Translations under genes and position numbers: made by a program
Shown here: positions 11,764-21,720 of the stretch, piece after piece
How positions within the stretch are numbered: the first letter of the stretch is position 1
Layout: the number at the start of each line of letters is the position of its first letter
Notes under the pieces: model-generated
The model's database searches: none
Told to the model about the DNA's origin: nothing
Seen by the model: only the letters and a program-made list of their open reading frames with translations
DNA from: Acidobacteriota bacterium
GTDB taxonomy: Bacteria; Acidobacteriota; UBA6911
DNA: 64,000 nucleotides
Assembly: GCA_963664705.1 (NCBI GenBank)
Contig: OY761556.1
Span: forward strand, 2,016,001 to 2,080,000
Direction of reading: 5' to 3'

Positions 11764-14538
11764 TTATGCCGTGTGGCTGATGGTCTGCTGTGAACCCAAT
11801 GCCGCCTGAGCCGCAGCAAGACGAGCAATGGGTACGCGATAAGGCGAGCAGGAGACGTAATTCAGTCCTACGCGGTCGCAGAACTGCACCGAAGAAGGCT
11901 CGCCGCCATGCTCTCCGCAGATACCGACCTTGAGTTCCGGTCGTGTTTTTCGGCCTTTATCCGTGCCCATCTGAACCAGCTGGCCCACACCTGTCTGATC
12001 CAGAACCTGGAAGGGATCATCCTTGAAGATGCGGTTTTCGATGTAGAACGGCAGGAACTTACCGGAGTCGTCGCGAGAGATGCCGAATGTCGTTTGAGTA
12101 AGATCGTTGGTCCCGAATGAGAAGAATTCGGCCACCTCGGCGATCTTGTCCGCCGTCAGGGCAGCGCGCGGCAGCTCAATCATGGTTCCGACAAGATATT
12201 CGATAGATATCTTCGATTTTTCGCATACCTCCGAGGCCACCCGGCGGACGACATCGCCCTGCAGCTTCAACTCGCTGACATCCGCGACCAGCGGAATCAT
12301 GACTTCCGGATAAACCTTGACCCCTTTCTTCTGCATGTTCGCGGCGGCTTCAAAAATGGCGCGCGCCTGCATCTCCGTTATCTCCGGGAAGACAACCCCA
12401 AGGCGGCAACCTCTGTGGCCGAGCATCGGGTTCGCTTCATGCAGCGACTGCACTCTGTCCCACAGAGTTTTGGCATTGGCTTTCAGTTTGCGGGCAAGCT
12501 TGCGAGTGTCCTCTTCGCTATGCGGCAGGAATTCGTGCAACGGCGGATCCAGGGTACGGATGGTAACCGGGAATCCGTCCATGGCTTTGAAGATGCCTTC
12601 GAAATCCTTCCGCTGCAGGCGAAGAAGTTCGTTAAGCCCACCCTTGTACAGTCTCTTGGGTTCTTCGATTTCCTTCTTAAGCTTCTTTTTCAAATCCTGA
12701 AGCTCTTTGCGCTTCTTGGGGGATACGCCACGCGCAAGATCCGCCTCGACGGCATTCAGATCGCGCTCCAGCCGCTTGAAATCGAGAGAGCCGAGAATCA
12801 TCTGGCGAACAAAATCAATCCGGTCTCCTGCAAAAAACATGTGCTCAGTCCGGCAGAGTCCGATTCCCTGGGCACCGAAACCTCTTGCAATCGCGGCATC
12901 CATGGGGGTATCCGCGTTTGTCCGCACCTTCATTCTGCGGGCTTTGTCGGCCCATTCCATCAGCTGCTTGAAATCGTTCCCCAGTTCGGGATCGATAAGG
13001 GGGGCCTGTCCAAGAATAATTTGGCCGCTGGTTCCATCTACGGTGATCCAGTCACCCCGGCTGATCTTCACTCCATTGACCGTGAATTCATTCTTGGCAT
13101 AGTTGATCGCCACATCCCCGGCGCCCACGACGCAAGGTTTGCCCCAGCCGCGGGCAACGACCGCTGCATGACTGGTGGGACCACCCGTGGAAGTGAGAAT
13201 GGCTTGTGCGGCATCCATACCACGCACATCTTCCGGAGACGTTTCACGCCGTACAAGAATGACCTTCTCGCCCTTTTCCTTCAAGAGTTCCGCTTCTTTC
13301 GGGGTAAAGACCACTTTTCCTGAGGCAGCACCCGGACTGGCGTTAATGCCCTTGGTCAACACCTTCAGTTTGGCTTTAGGATCCACCATCTTATGCAGCA
13401 ACTGGTCCAGGTCGCCGGCCGGCACGCGCATGATGGCCGTCTTCTCGTCAATTAACCCTTCCTTCACCATTTCCACGGCGATGCGCACGCCTGCGGGTCC
13501 GGTTCGCTTTCCATTTCGAGTCTGCAGCATCCAGAGTTTTCCGCGTTCCACTGTGAACTCGAGGTCCTGCATATCCCGATAGTGTTTTTCGAGCTTATCC
13601 GCCAGTTGAACAAACTGATCGTAGATCGCGGGCATGTCTACCTTGAGCTCATCGATGTGCTTGGGTGTGCGGATACCGGCAACCACATCTTCTCCCTGAG
13701 CGTTCGACAGATAATCCCCAAACAGCCTTCTCTCACCAGTCGCCGGGTTTCTCGTAAAAGCGACGCCGGTTCCGGAATCTTCGCCCATATTTCCGAATAC
13801 CATTGTCACCACGTTGACGGCCGTGCCCAAGTCATCAGGAATTCTCTCTCTGCGGCGATATGCCTTGGCTCGATCTCCGTTCCAGGAACGGAATACGGCC
13901 TTGATTGCCTCTTCAAGCTGCTGGTACGGGTCAGCCGGGAAGTCTGATCCGGTTTCGGCTCGAATAATTTTTTTGAATTCCCTGCAGACATCGGCAAGAT
14001 CACCGGCTTTCAGATCCGTGTCCATCTTGGCTTTTACCGAGTGTTTGATCTTTTCCAACGCCTGTTCAAACAACTCGCCGTCGACGCCCAGAACAATCTT
14101 GCCGAACATCTGGATGAAGCGTCGGTAGGCATCAAGAGCAAACCTTTCGTTCGATGTAAGGCTTGCCAGCCCCTGCATCGTCTCATCATTCAATCCCAGA
14201 TTAAGAACCGTATCCATCATGCCTGGCATGGAGAACTTCGCCCCGGACCGTACGGAAACGAGCAGCGGATTTGTAATGCTGCCGAATTCTTTGCCTGTTG
14301 AGGATTCAACCTTCTTCAGCGCAGATAAAACCTGGTTCCACATCCCTTCGGGAAACTGGGCTCCGCTGGAATAATAGGCGTTGCAGGCCTGAGTAGTGAT
14401 CGTGAATCCAGGTGGGACCGGCAATCCTGCATTCGTCATCTCGGCAAGGCCGGCGCCTTTTCCACCGAGAAGATCTTTCATTTCACCGTTTCCGTCTGCT
14501 TCACCATCTGCAAATAGGTATACATATTTGATGGACAT
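11764..14538 (-). CDS. ppdK: pyruvate, phosphate dikinase
   Basis: LGGKGAGLAEM, SVRSGA..SMPGMMDT, TSHAAVVARG (phospho-His), GICGEHGG. Confidence 0.98.
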   Translation of the reverse strand: MSIKYVYLFADGEADGNGEMKDLLGGKGAGLAEMTNAGLPVPPGFTITTQACNAYYSSGAQFPEGMWNQVLSALKKVESSTGKEFGSITNPLLVSVRSGAKFSMPGMMDTVLNLGLNDETMQGLASLTSNERFALDAYRRFIQMFGKIVLGVDGELFEQALEKIKHSVKAKMDTDLKAGDLADVCREFKKIIRAETGSDFPADPYQQLEEAIKAVFRSWNGDRAKAYRRRERIPDDLGTAVNVVTMVFGNMGEDSGTGVAFTRNPATGERRLFGDYLSNAQGEDVVAGIRTPKHIDELKVDMPAIYDQFVQLADKLEKHYRDMQDLEFTVERGKLWMLQTRNGKRTGPAGVRIAVEMVKEGLIDEKTAIMRVPAGDLDQLLHKMVDPKAKLKVLTKGINASPGAASGKVVFTPKEAELLKEKGEKVILVRRETSPEDVRGMDAAQAILTSTGGPTSHAAVVARGWGKPCVVGAGDVAINYAKNEFTVNGVKISRGDWITVDGTSGQIILGQAPLIDPELGNDFKQLMEWADKARRMKVRTNADTPMDAAIARGFGAQGIGLCRTEHMFFAGDRIDFVRQMILGSLDFKRLERDLNAVEADLARGVSPKKRKELQDLKKKLKKEIEEPKRLYKGGLNELLRLQRKDFEGIFKAMDGFPVTIRTLDPPLHEFLPHSEEDTRKLARKLKANAKTLWDRVQSLHEANPMLGHRGCRLGVVFPEITEMQARAIFEAAANMQKKGVKVYPEVMIPLVADVSELKLQGDVVRRVASEVCEKSKISIEYLVGTMIELPRAALTADKIAEVAEFFSFGTNDLTQTTFGISRDDSGKFLPFYIENRIFKDDPFQVLDQTGVGQLVQMGTDKGRKTRPELKVGICGEHGGEPSSVQFCDRVGLNYVSCSPYRVPIARLAAAQAALGSQQTISHTA

Positions 14539-14853
14539 TGATGTTCTCCCGGGATAATCGTCGGATGTACTTCTGATTTACTGACACGCGCTTGTATATT
14601 ACCTCAAAATGGGATAGCGCTCAAAACCTTCGTTTCTGTTAAAACGAATAAAGTAATTGCCCTTATCGGAATTGTGTTTGCTTTAGATTTGATTATGCTG
14701 AGCTTAATTTGAGATCAGGGGATTGGTGTCGCAGGGTCGCATCCCCAACCTGGAATCGGCGAGCCGGCGAACCGGCATCGATAACCCCAGGCTGGGGTCA
14801 GCTTCTCGAATAGCCTAATTTTCATATCGGCAGGCGGCGGAAATAGATCAGGC

Positions 14854-15894
14854 TTATTTCGCCTCCCTGGCATTTAGGGCATTTTTCAACTCGGTGATCT
14901 CCTTCTCGAGACTCCTCAATTTGCGCATCATGTCCGGCAGTTTTGCAAAGACCGCCGTCGACCGCAGCCATGCGGAGTTTTCAAACGCCGGCGAACCCGA
15001 CATCACCGCTCCGGGAGCAATATCATGCGAGGTTCCGCTTTGCGCCGTAATGATTGCCTTGTCGCCGACCTCCAGGTGCCCGGCAAATCCTACCTGCCCG
15101 CCGACCCAGACGCCCCTCCCAAGTCTCGTGGAGCCCGCAAGTCCGACCTGCGCTGCCAACACGCAGTCCGGCCCAACCTGGGCTCCATGTCCAATCTGCA
15201 CGAGATTGTCCACCTTGGCTCCCCGGCGAATGATCGTATCCCCAACCGCCGCTCTATCAATGGTTGTATTCGAACCAATCTCTACATCGTCCTCGATTAG
15301 AACACGGCCGGTCTGGCAGATCTTATAAAAGCCCCCTTCTCTGGTGGGAGCAAATCCAAACCCATCGCTGCCAACCACGGCACCATTTTGCAGGATGACC
15401 CGGTTCCCAAGAATGCAATCCTCCCGAACAATGACATGGGAATGCAGCAGACAGTTGTTCCCGACCGAGACTCCCGGATAGAGAACGACATGCGGATGGA
15501 TTTCGACTCCGGAGCCGATCGTACATCCCTTGCCGATCACCGCATATGCACCGATACTGGCATCGTCCGGAATTTCCACGCCCTCCGCTACAACCGCCGT
15601 CGGATGCACTCCAACCTCAGGCTTTTGCGGAACGAAGAAAATTTCCAGCGCACGCGCAAAGGCAAGGTATGGATCCTCGGTTCGAAGGGAAGGTTTGTCG
15701 ATGGGCGCGATATCCTCACCTAAAATGATTGCAGAGGCATTCGTGGTTTTGATGTGGCTGACATATTTGCGGTTGGACACGAAAGTGATATCCCCCGGGC
15801 CGGCTTCATCAATCCCCGCAACCCGAAAAATTTCGACGTCGTTTTCAGCGACCATTCTGCAGCCTAATCGGAGAGCAATTTCGGAAAGCTTCAT
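14854..15894 (-). CDS. lpxD: UDP-3-O-acyl-glucosamine N-acyltransferase
   Basis: MKLSEIA start, hexapeptide repeats, GSDGFGF, KVDNLVQIGH. Confidence 0.95.
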   Translation of the reverse strand: MKLSEIALRLGCRMVAENDVEIFRVAGIDEAGPGDITFVSNRKYVSHIKTTNASAIILGEDIAPIDKPSLRTEDPYLAFARALEIFFVPQKPEVGVHPTAVVAEGVEIPDDASIGAYAVIGKGCTIGSGVEIHPHVVLYPGVSVGNNCLLHSHVIVREDCILGNRVILQNGAVVGSDGFGFAPTREGGFYKICQTGRVLIEDDVEIGSNTTIDRAAVGDTIIRRGAKVDNLVQIGHGAQVGPDCVLAAQVGLAGSTRLGRGVWVGGQVGFAGHLEVGDKAIITAQSGTSHDIAPGAVMSGSPAFENSAWLRSTAVFAKLPDMMRKLRSLEKEITELKNALNAREAK

Positions 15895-15998
15895 AAGACC
15901 CAACCTCGATTCCCACGCAAAATATGGCATTGCAACGTGTTATAGAAACGAAGCCCTATGGTAGTATTAAGCTCCACATGCGTCAAGGAGAGGCTGCT

Positions 15999-17618
15999 TT
16001 GGAGCCACCGGTAATAGCATCCGGAAATCGAAATGCCGGTTTGATGAGTGCGGCGGGATCGGTGAGCATCGCCATCATGGTCAGCCGGGTCCTTGGATTG
16101 ATGCGCGACATGGTCCAGGCGAGATATTTCGGCGCAGGGCTTTATACCGACGCTTTTAACATCGCCTTCAGGATCCCGAATCTTCTAAGAGATCTGTTCG
16201 CCGAAGGGGTTCTCAGCTCCGCATTTGTCCCCACCTTTATCCGCAGACTCACACAGGATGGCAAAGAGCAGGCCTGGTTGCTTGCCAACCGCGTCATCAG
16301 CATGCTGTTGATGATCATGGCCGCACTCACCCTGCTGTTCTTTTTCGGCGCACGTTTTTTTGTCTATCTGCTGGCTTCCGGCTATGCGCGGATACCGGGG
16401 AAATTCGATTTGACGGTTCAGATGACTCAAATCATGTCTCCTTTTCTGCTGTTCATTGCGCTCGCCTCCGTTGCCATGGGCATGCTGAATGCCTACGGAT
16501 CCTTCTTCATCCCCGCAATGGCATCCTCGATCTTCAACGCCTGTTGCATCCTTTGCGGGATCTTTCTTTCTCCCTTCATGCCCCGTTGGGGCCTTCACCC
16601 GATTGTTTCTATGGCCATAGGGGCACTGATCGGTGGCGCCGCGCAGTTTCTTATCATGGTACCTTCTGCTCGCAGATATGGGTTCCGGTTCCGGTTTGAC
16701 ATCCGCCCGTCCGATCCGGATCTCCAAAAGATCTGGCGCCTGATGCTGCCCGCCATCGTTGGGCTTTCCGCAACCCAGATCAACATTACGGTAGACTCTC
16801 AAATTGCTTCGATGTATGGAGACGGCCCCGTCTCCTGGCTCAACTATGGATTCCGCCTCATGCAGCTTCCTATCGGCGTATTTGGAATCGCTATCGCCAC
16901 CGTTACCCTGACATCCGTTTCCCATCATATCGCCCGGAATGAACCAGGCAAGCTCCAGAACACCCTCTCCTCCAGCCTTCGGCTGGCCGCATGTCTGACC
17001 TTCCCGGCTACCGTTGGACTGGTATTCTTTCGCAAGGAAATCGTTCAGCTGATTTTTGAACGCGGGTCTTTTCTGCCGGCCCACACGATAGAAACCAGCA
17101 AGGTGGTGATGTTTTATGCCCTGGGGCTGTTTTTCTATTCGGCGGTCAAGATCCTGGTTCCGACGTTCTATGCGCTCGAAGACACACGGACTCCGGTGCG
17201 GCTGAGCTTGATGACGGTTGCAGCCAAAATAGCTTTCAATCTTGCAATGATCCGATACCTGGGTTTTCTTGGTTTTCTCGGGCTGCCGCTTGCCACAACA
17301 TTCGCCTCCTGCCTGAACTTCGGCCTGCTGCTGAGGAAGCTCCGCACAAAGGCGAATATCGGGTCCATCATCGGAAGTCCGATGGTTTATTTGCGCATCG
17401 CCATCGCATCCCTGGTTATGGGCCTGCTGTCCCTACTGGCATATCGTGCCAGCGGCATGATCTGCTCCGGCACCGGGTTGACGGCACAAGCCTTGAGGCT
17501 GGGATTGGCCATAGCCGTTGCCATGGCCTCCCTGCTTCCGCTGCTCAAATTGTTCAGGGTTGAAGAAGGAAAGGCCCTGTATCGGATGGCCGCATCGTAC
17601 CTTGGGAAGGCTCAATGA
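15999..17618 (+). CDS. murJ: lipid II flippase MurJ (MviN)
   Basis: [35 protein letters not shown]; TTG start after AAGGAGAGG (ATG 15978 is an alternative). Confidence 0.93.
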   Translation: MEPPVIASGNRNAGLMSAAGSVSIAIMVSRVLGLMRDMVQARYFGAGLYTDAFNIAFRIPNLLRDLFAEGVLSSAFVPTFIRRLTQDGKEQAWLLANRVISMLLMIMAALTLLFFFGARFFVYLLASGYARIPGKFDLTVQMTQIMSPFLLFIALASVAMGMLNAYGSFFIPAMASSIFNACCILCGIFLSPFMPRWGLHPIVSMAIGALIGGAAQFLIMVPSARRYGFRFRFDIRPSDPDLQKIWRLMLPAIVGLSATQINITVDSQIASMYGDGPVSWLNYGFRLMQLPIGVFGIAIATVTLTSVSHHIARNEPGKLQNTLSSSLRLAACLTFPATVGLVFFRKEIVQLIFERGSFLPAHTIETSKVVMFYALGLFFYSAVKILVPTFYALEDTRTPVRLSLMTVAAKIAFNLAMIRYLGFLGFLGLPLATTFASCLNFGLLLRKLRTKANIGSIIGSPMVYLRIAIASLVMGLLSLLAYRASGMICSGTGLTAQALRLGLAIAVAMASLLPLLKLFRVEEGKALYRMAASYLGKAQ

Positions 17619-18502
17619 CCAGAGATTTTCTTGCAGAATTTTCCACCTATCTGCGCGTAGAAAAAGGCCTTTCGCCAAATACAATCGCTTCCTATGGATT
17701 GGACTTGAAAAAGCTCAAACAGTACGCCGATGCCAGGGAACTGGATATCAGCAGGCTAAGCCAGGAGGATATCATCGGCTGGATTCAAGACCTGCTTGGC
17801 CAAGGCTTGGCTCCCAGGTCTGTCGCGCGATCGATCAATGCGGCTCGGAGTTTCTACCGCTATCTGGTAGGGGACCGGATCATTGATACCGATCCAACGG
17901 AAAACCTGGAGACGCCACGATCCCTGACGCCGCTGCCAAGATTCCTTACCCGAGAGGAAGTGGATAAACTGCTTCTGACCCCCGATACCGACACCGCCAT
18001 CGGCAGCCGGGACAAAGCGATGCTGGAAGTGCTTTATGCATCCGGCCTGCGTGTCAGCGAATTGGTCAGACTTGGAATGACACAAGTGGATCGAAATCTC
18101 GGTATCGTTTCGTGCGTCGGGAAGGGAAGTAAGGAACGTATCGTCCCTATTGGATCTGCTGCGGGCGAACAGGTCGATGCCTATATTCAGAAATTCCGGC
18201 CCCAGCTCTTGGGCAAAAGGAAGAGCAACTACCTCTTTGTCACACGCCGCGGCGGCCCTATGACCCGGCAGGGCTTCTGGAGGAATCTACGGGATTATGG
18301 AATCAAGGCCGGAATCACCAAATCACTGACTCCGCACATGCTCCGCCATAGCTTTGCCACACATCTGCTGGAAAATGGCGCGGACCTTCGCTCTGTGCAG
18401 CTCATGCTGGGGCATTCGGATATTTCGACAACGCAGATTTATACGCACGTTACGCGGGAGCGACTCAAGCAGGTATACCGAAAATTTCACCCGCGAGCGT
18501 GA
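17615..18502 (+). CDS. xerD: site-specific tyrosine recombinase XerD
   Basis: [55 protein letters not shown]. Confidence 0.93.
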   Translation: MTRDFLAEFSTYLRVEKGLSPNTIASYGLDLKKLKQYADARELDISRLSQEDIIGWIQDLLGQGLAPRSVARSINAARSFYRYLVGDRIIDTDPTENLETPRSLTPLPRFLTREEVDKLLLTPDTDTAIGSRDKAMLEVLYASGLRVSELVRLGMTQVDRNLGIVSCVGKGSKERIVPIGSAAGEQVDAYIQKFRPQLLGKRKSNYLFVTRRGGPMTRQGFWRNLRDYGIKAGITKSLTPHMLRHSFATHLLENGADLRSVQLMLGHSDISTTQIYTHVTRERLKQVYRKFHPRA

Positions 18503-18531
18503 AATATTTCACGCTGCAGGCAGCGATAGCC

Positions 18532-20877
18532 TCAGGTCCGTATCGTAAAGAGAAGAACCAGACCCGCCGCGCCGAAAAGCAGATTCGGAGCCCACGCCGC
18601 CAATACCGGAATCAGCAACCCATAGGCCCCCATCGCCTCGAAAACACCAGAGAGTCCCCAGTAGCTCATGGCAATCGCAATGCTCATCCCAACGCCAAAC
18701 AAGGCCCCCTTCTTCCCTGTCGAAAAGGAAAAGGGAACACCCAGAATGGCCATGACAAGACAACTCAGCGGAAAGGCTATTTTCTTATGGAGCTCAACCT
18801 GTAATTCTGTAGCATTATAGCCAGATTTCAAGAGATCTATAATGCATTTCCTTAACTCGAAATAGGTCATTTTAGCCGACTCTTTTGGCTGGAATATTTC
18901 CTTTTCAAAGTAATCGGCCTTTTCGGGCAACTGACAATACTCCTTGGTTATGCGCCGAAAACCCGTTGCCGCTGATTCATAGTCGCGGACCCAGCCATCC
19001 TCCAGAGTCCAAAGTCCATTTTTATCTACCAGAGCCCGGTTTGCATGGATACGCCGCAGTATCTTCACCTGGTTCATCTCGATATCGTAGATATTGAGAT
19101 CCACAAATGAATGCTGGCTATTGTCAAAATACTCGTAATTATAGATTCGGTTGGCCTCGCCAAAAATCCACTTCCGTTGAAGGCGCATGGCGGTTTGCGG
19201 CGGCTTTCCTTTGATTCTATTATGCAGATCATCCTGGACGCTATTAGCATAGGGAAGGACGTAATCCTGTAGCAGGTAAAGACTTGCGCATAGGCCGCAG
19301 GCAATCAGCAGCACCGGAACGGCAATACGGTAAAGGCTCCATCCACCCGCCTTGATCGCGGTGATTTCCGAATTTTTTTCCAGGATTCCAAAATTAATGA
19401 GAACGCCCAGCAGGACGGACATCGGCACCACAAGCATCAGGATGTGCGGTGTAAAAAAGGTGAAATAATCCAGAACCATGGAAGCGGGGATCTTGTTCTT
19501 GATGATGTCGTCGAGAAGATCAAAGAGCGTGAAAAGAACAAAGAGCGTTCCACAAACCATCAACGACCAGAAGAAATAGCCGAAAAACCCTTTGGAGATA
19601 TAGACATCCAGGACTCTTGGAAATCGGAATCGCGCAACGCGAGCCGTTGATTTAAGTAAACTGTTGTCCATTCCGGCGACGCGGTTCCGAATGCTTTTAA
19701 GGCGTTGATCCCAACCACCAAATCCGATGCGCCAGGAAATCCAGGATAGCATGTGGCCGATGGCATGGCTTTGTTCCACCCGGTAGAAAAAAACCAATCC
19801 AAGCGTAGTCAGGATCAGGTTGGCGCCCCAGGCTCCCAGCCAGGGATTCACTTTTCCCACCGATGCCAGGCGAATGCCGTTGGCAAACAGCATATAAAAA
19901 AGAATGACGAGGACAAGGCTTAATGCAAAGCCCGAGGTACGGCCGCCCCGGTGGGAACCGACTGCGAGGGTTAATCCAAGCAGCGCAAATGGGACGATGG
20001 CAAAAGGAAGCGCAAAACGCCGATTCAGTTCGATCAGTTGTTCCAGCCGCAGTTTGGGCGGCGATGTGCCGAAGGAATGCCATAAATAGGAGGTGCTTTG
20101 CTCGATGACCTTGCGCAGGCGAGTCTCCGTAGGCGAGGAGGTAAACCTGGGGCTCAAAGGAATTGGGATATCGGTGGTATTAAAGGTTGTAAGGGTATCT
20201 TTGCTGGGATCCTCCGGGTCGATGACGTAGCTTTTGCCGCCTTCAAGATGCAGTTGGAGACGCTTGTTGGAGGAATCGCTGACCCAGGATCCCGACTTTG
20301 CCATTATGGTGCGTGGAGACTTGGGGTCCGAGTTGTCGGACAGAAAGACGCGCGCCCAGCGCTGTTTGTCGACAGCGAGATCGTCCAGGTAGAAGACGAT
20401 ATTGGGAAAATCGTCGTTGCCCCCATTAAAAACTCGCGGCTGCACCTGGGAAGTTGCCTGGGTCAGACTAACGCGACTTTTCAGCTGGGCAATAACGTCA
20501 TTTGTTCTGGGAAAGATAACGGTTGTGACGATTCCGGTCATAAGGCCGACGAGCGCCCCAAAGATGAGAATGGGGCGCAGCAGCGTACGGATAGGAACTC
20601 CGCAGGCGCGCAAAGCGGTAATCTGGCTTTCGCCGGAGAGTCCGCTCAGGCCAATCAGAATCCCGATCAGATAGGAAAGAGGGAGAGAAAAGATAAGCGT
20701 TCCCGGAATAATGGCGGCGCTGATCAGGAGAATGGTTCCGAGGGAAGCGTTGCGCGTAATCAGGAGTTCGGAGAGGCTTCCGAGGTATTGAACAGATAGG
20801 ACAAAGGTCAGAATAATAACCGTGATGAAGAAAGGGGGAATGATCGAGATATAGAGGAGCTTATCAATCTTGCTCAT
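18532..20877 (-). CDS. fused LptF-LptG LPS export permease
   Basis: Two tandem YjgP/YjgQ domains in 781 aa (ESQITALRACG and NSEITAIKAGG; two AWxxN motifs). Confidence 0.9.
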   Translation of the reverse strand: MSKIDKLLYISIIPPFFITVIILTFVLSVQYLGSLSELLITRNASLGTILLISAAIIPGTLIFSLPLSYLIGILIGLSGLSGESQITALRACGVPIRTLLRPILIFGALVGLMTGIVTTVIFPRTNDVIAQLKSRVSLTQATSQVQPRVFNGGNDDFPNIVFYLDDLAVDKQRWARVFLSDNSDPKSPRTIMAKSGSWVSDSSNKRLQLHLEGGKSYVIDPEDPSKDTLTTFNTTDIPIPLSPRFTSSPTETRLRKVIEQSTSYLWHSFGTSPPKLRLEQLIELNRRFALPFAIVPFALLGLTLAVGSHRGGRTSGFALSLVLVILFYMLFANGIRLASVGKVNPWLGAWGANLILTTLGLVFFYRVEQSHAIGHMLSWISWRIGFGGWDQRLKSIRNRVAGMDNSLLKSTARVARFRFPRVLDVYISKGFFGYFFWSLMVCGTLFVLFTLFDLLDDIIKNKIPASMVLDYFTFFTPHILMLVVPMSVLLGVLINFGILEKNSEITAIKAGGWSLYRIAVPVLLIACGLCASLYLLQDYVLPYANSVQDDLHNRIKGKPPQTAMRLQRKWIFGEANRIYNYEYFDNSQHSFVDLNIYDIEMNQVKILRRIHANRALVDKNGLWTLEDGWVRDYESAATGFRRITKEYCQLPEKADYFEKEIFQPKESAKMTYFELRKCIIDLLKSGYNATELQVELHKKIAFPLSCLVMAILGVPFSFSTGKKGALFGVGMSIAIAMSYWGLSGVFEAMGAYGLLIPVLAAWAPNLLFGAAGLVLLFTIRT

Positions 20878-20984
20878 GAATGAAGACTAGCACAGGTCAG
20901 GGAAGAATTGCATCAAGCGCTTGTAAATAAAGGCGTTTCTGGAATTATTATCGTCAAATCAACCAGGATGTTTTTGCAAATATA

Positions 20985-21012
20985 ACTTCTGATAAGATAT
21001 ATTATGTAAACT
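20985..21012 (+). other. chromosome dimer resolution site (dif)
   Basis: ACTTCTGATAA-GATATA-TTATGTAAACT: 11-6-11 layout in an AT-rich intergenic region; right arm identical to that of B. subtilis dif. Confidence 0.85.
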
Positions 21013-21116
21013 AAAAATTATTTGTCTGAAACGCAATTATTGCTTTTAGCCACCGGAAATGTCTCACAGAACTCTCCTCCGGAGACTGACTCTCAATTGC
21101 CACTCCTGCCCATTTC

Positions 21117-21614
21117 TTACATCTTATATTTTCCGAGATCTTCGGGATTGAGATTCTCCAGCCATTTCCGGATGTCCTCCGGAGAGCTGCGGTCTGAAGT
21201 CAGAGTGGTGGTTGAAGTGCTGGAGGACTTTGAAATCACGTCCTCGGTGACAAAAATCGGGGAATCTGTTCTCAGAGCCAGCGCAATCGCATCCGATGGC
21301 CGTGAATCGACCGTAATCACCTTTCCCCCGGCATCCAGGAAGATCAGCGCATAGAACGTGTTGTCTTTCAATTCGGTTACCACGATCTTTGTGACTCGTG
21401 CGTTGAGATGATTCAGCAGCCCCTTCATCAGGTCGTGAGTCATAGGCCTCGGGGTATCTACCTTTTCAATCTGGAGAGCAATCGCATTGGCCTCAAAGAT
21501 TCCTACCCAGATCGGAAGCAGCGTATCGCTTGTCGCTTCCTGCAGTACCACGATTGGCGAATTGGTGAGTGGATCCATCATCAGACCTTTTATCTTAAAC
21601 TCGATTTCCTTCAT
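21117..21614 (-). CDS. bifunctional nuclease family protein (DUF151)
   Basis: LPIWVGIFEA, RPMTHDL, DSRPSDAIALA. Confidence 0.92.
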   Translation of the reverse strand: MKEIEFKIKGLMMDPLTNSPIVVLQEATSDTLLPIWVGIFEANAIALQIEKVDTPRPMTHDLMKGLLNHLNARVTKIVVTELKDNTFYALIFLDAGGKVITVDSRPSDAIALALRTDSPIFVTEDVISKSSSTSTTTLTSDRSSPEDIRKWLENLNPEDLGKYKM

Positions 21615-21720
21615 GATCCCTCCCGGCCCGGATTTTGAAAATCAGGGGCAAAATCCCGCGCGCCCCGCTGCGCGTCTTCGTTCTGGCAAGATTCCAGTCA
21701 ATACACGCCTTGGCGACAGT

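Noticed and set aside
12415-13323. Long antisense ORFs (also 8139-9098, 10842-11675, 16185-17084, 25065-25970, 34543-35403)
   Set aside because: Shadows of well-supported genes on the opposite strand, with no recognisable motifs.
14701-14850. tRNA-Sec, SRP or 6S RNA
   Set aside because: No cloverleaf, T-loop or SRP helix-8 motif; kept only as an unassigned structure.
17615-18502. Tyrosine recombinase as a prophage or island integrase
   Set aside because: It has XerD signature motifs and size, is coupled to murJ, and has no cargo or att repeats.
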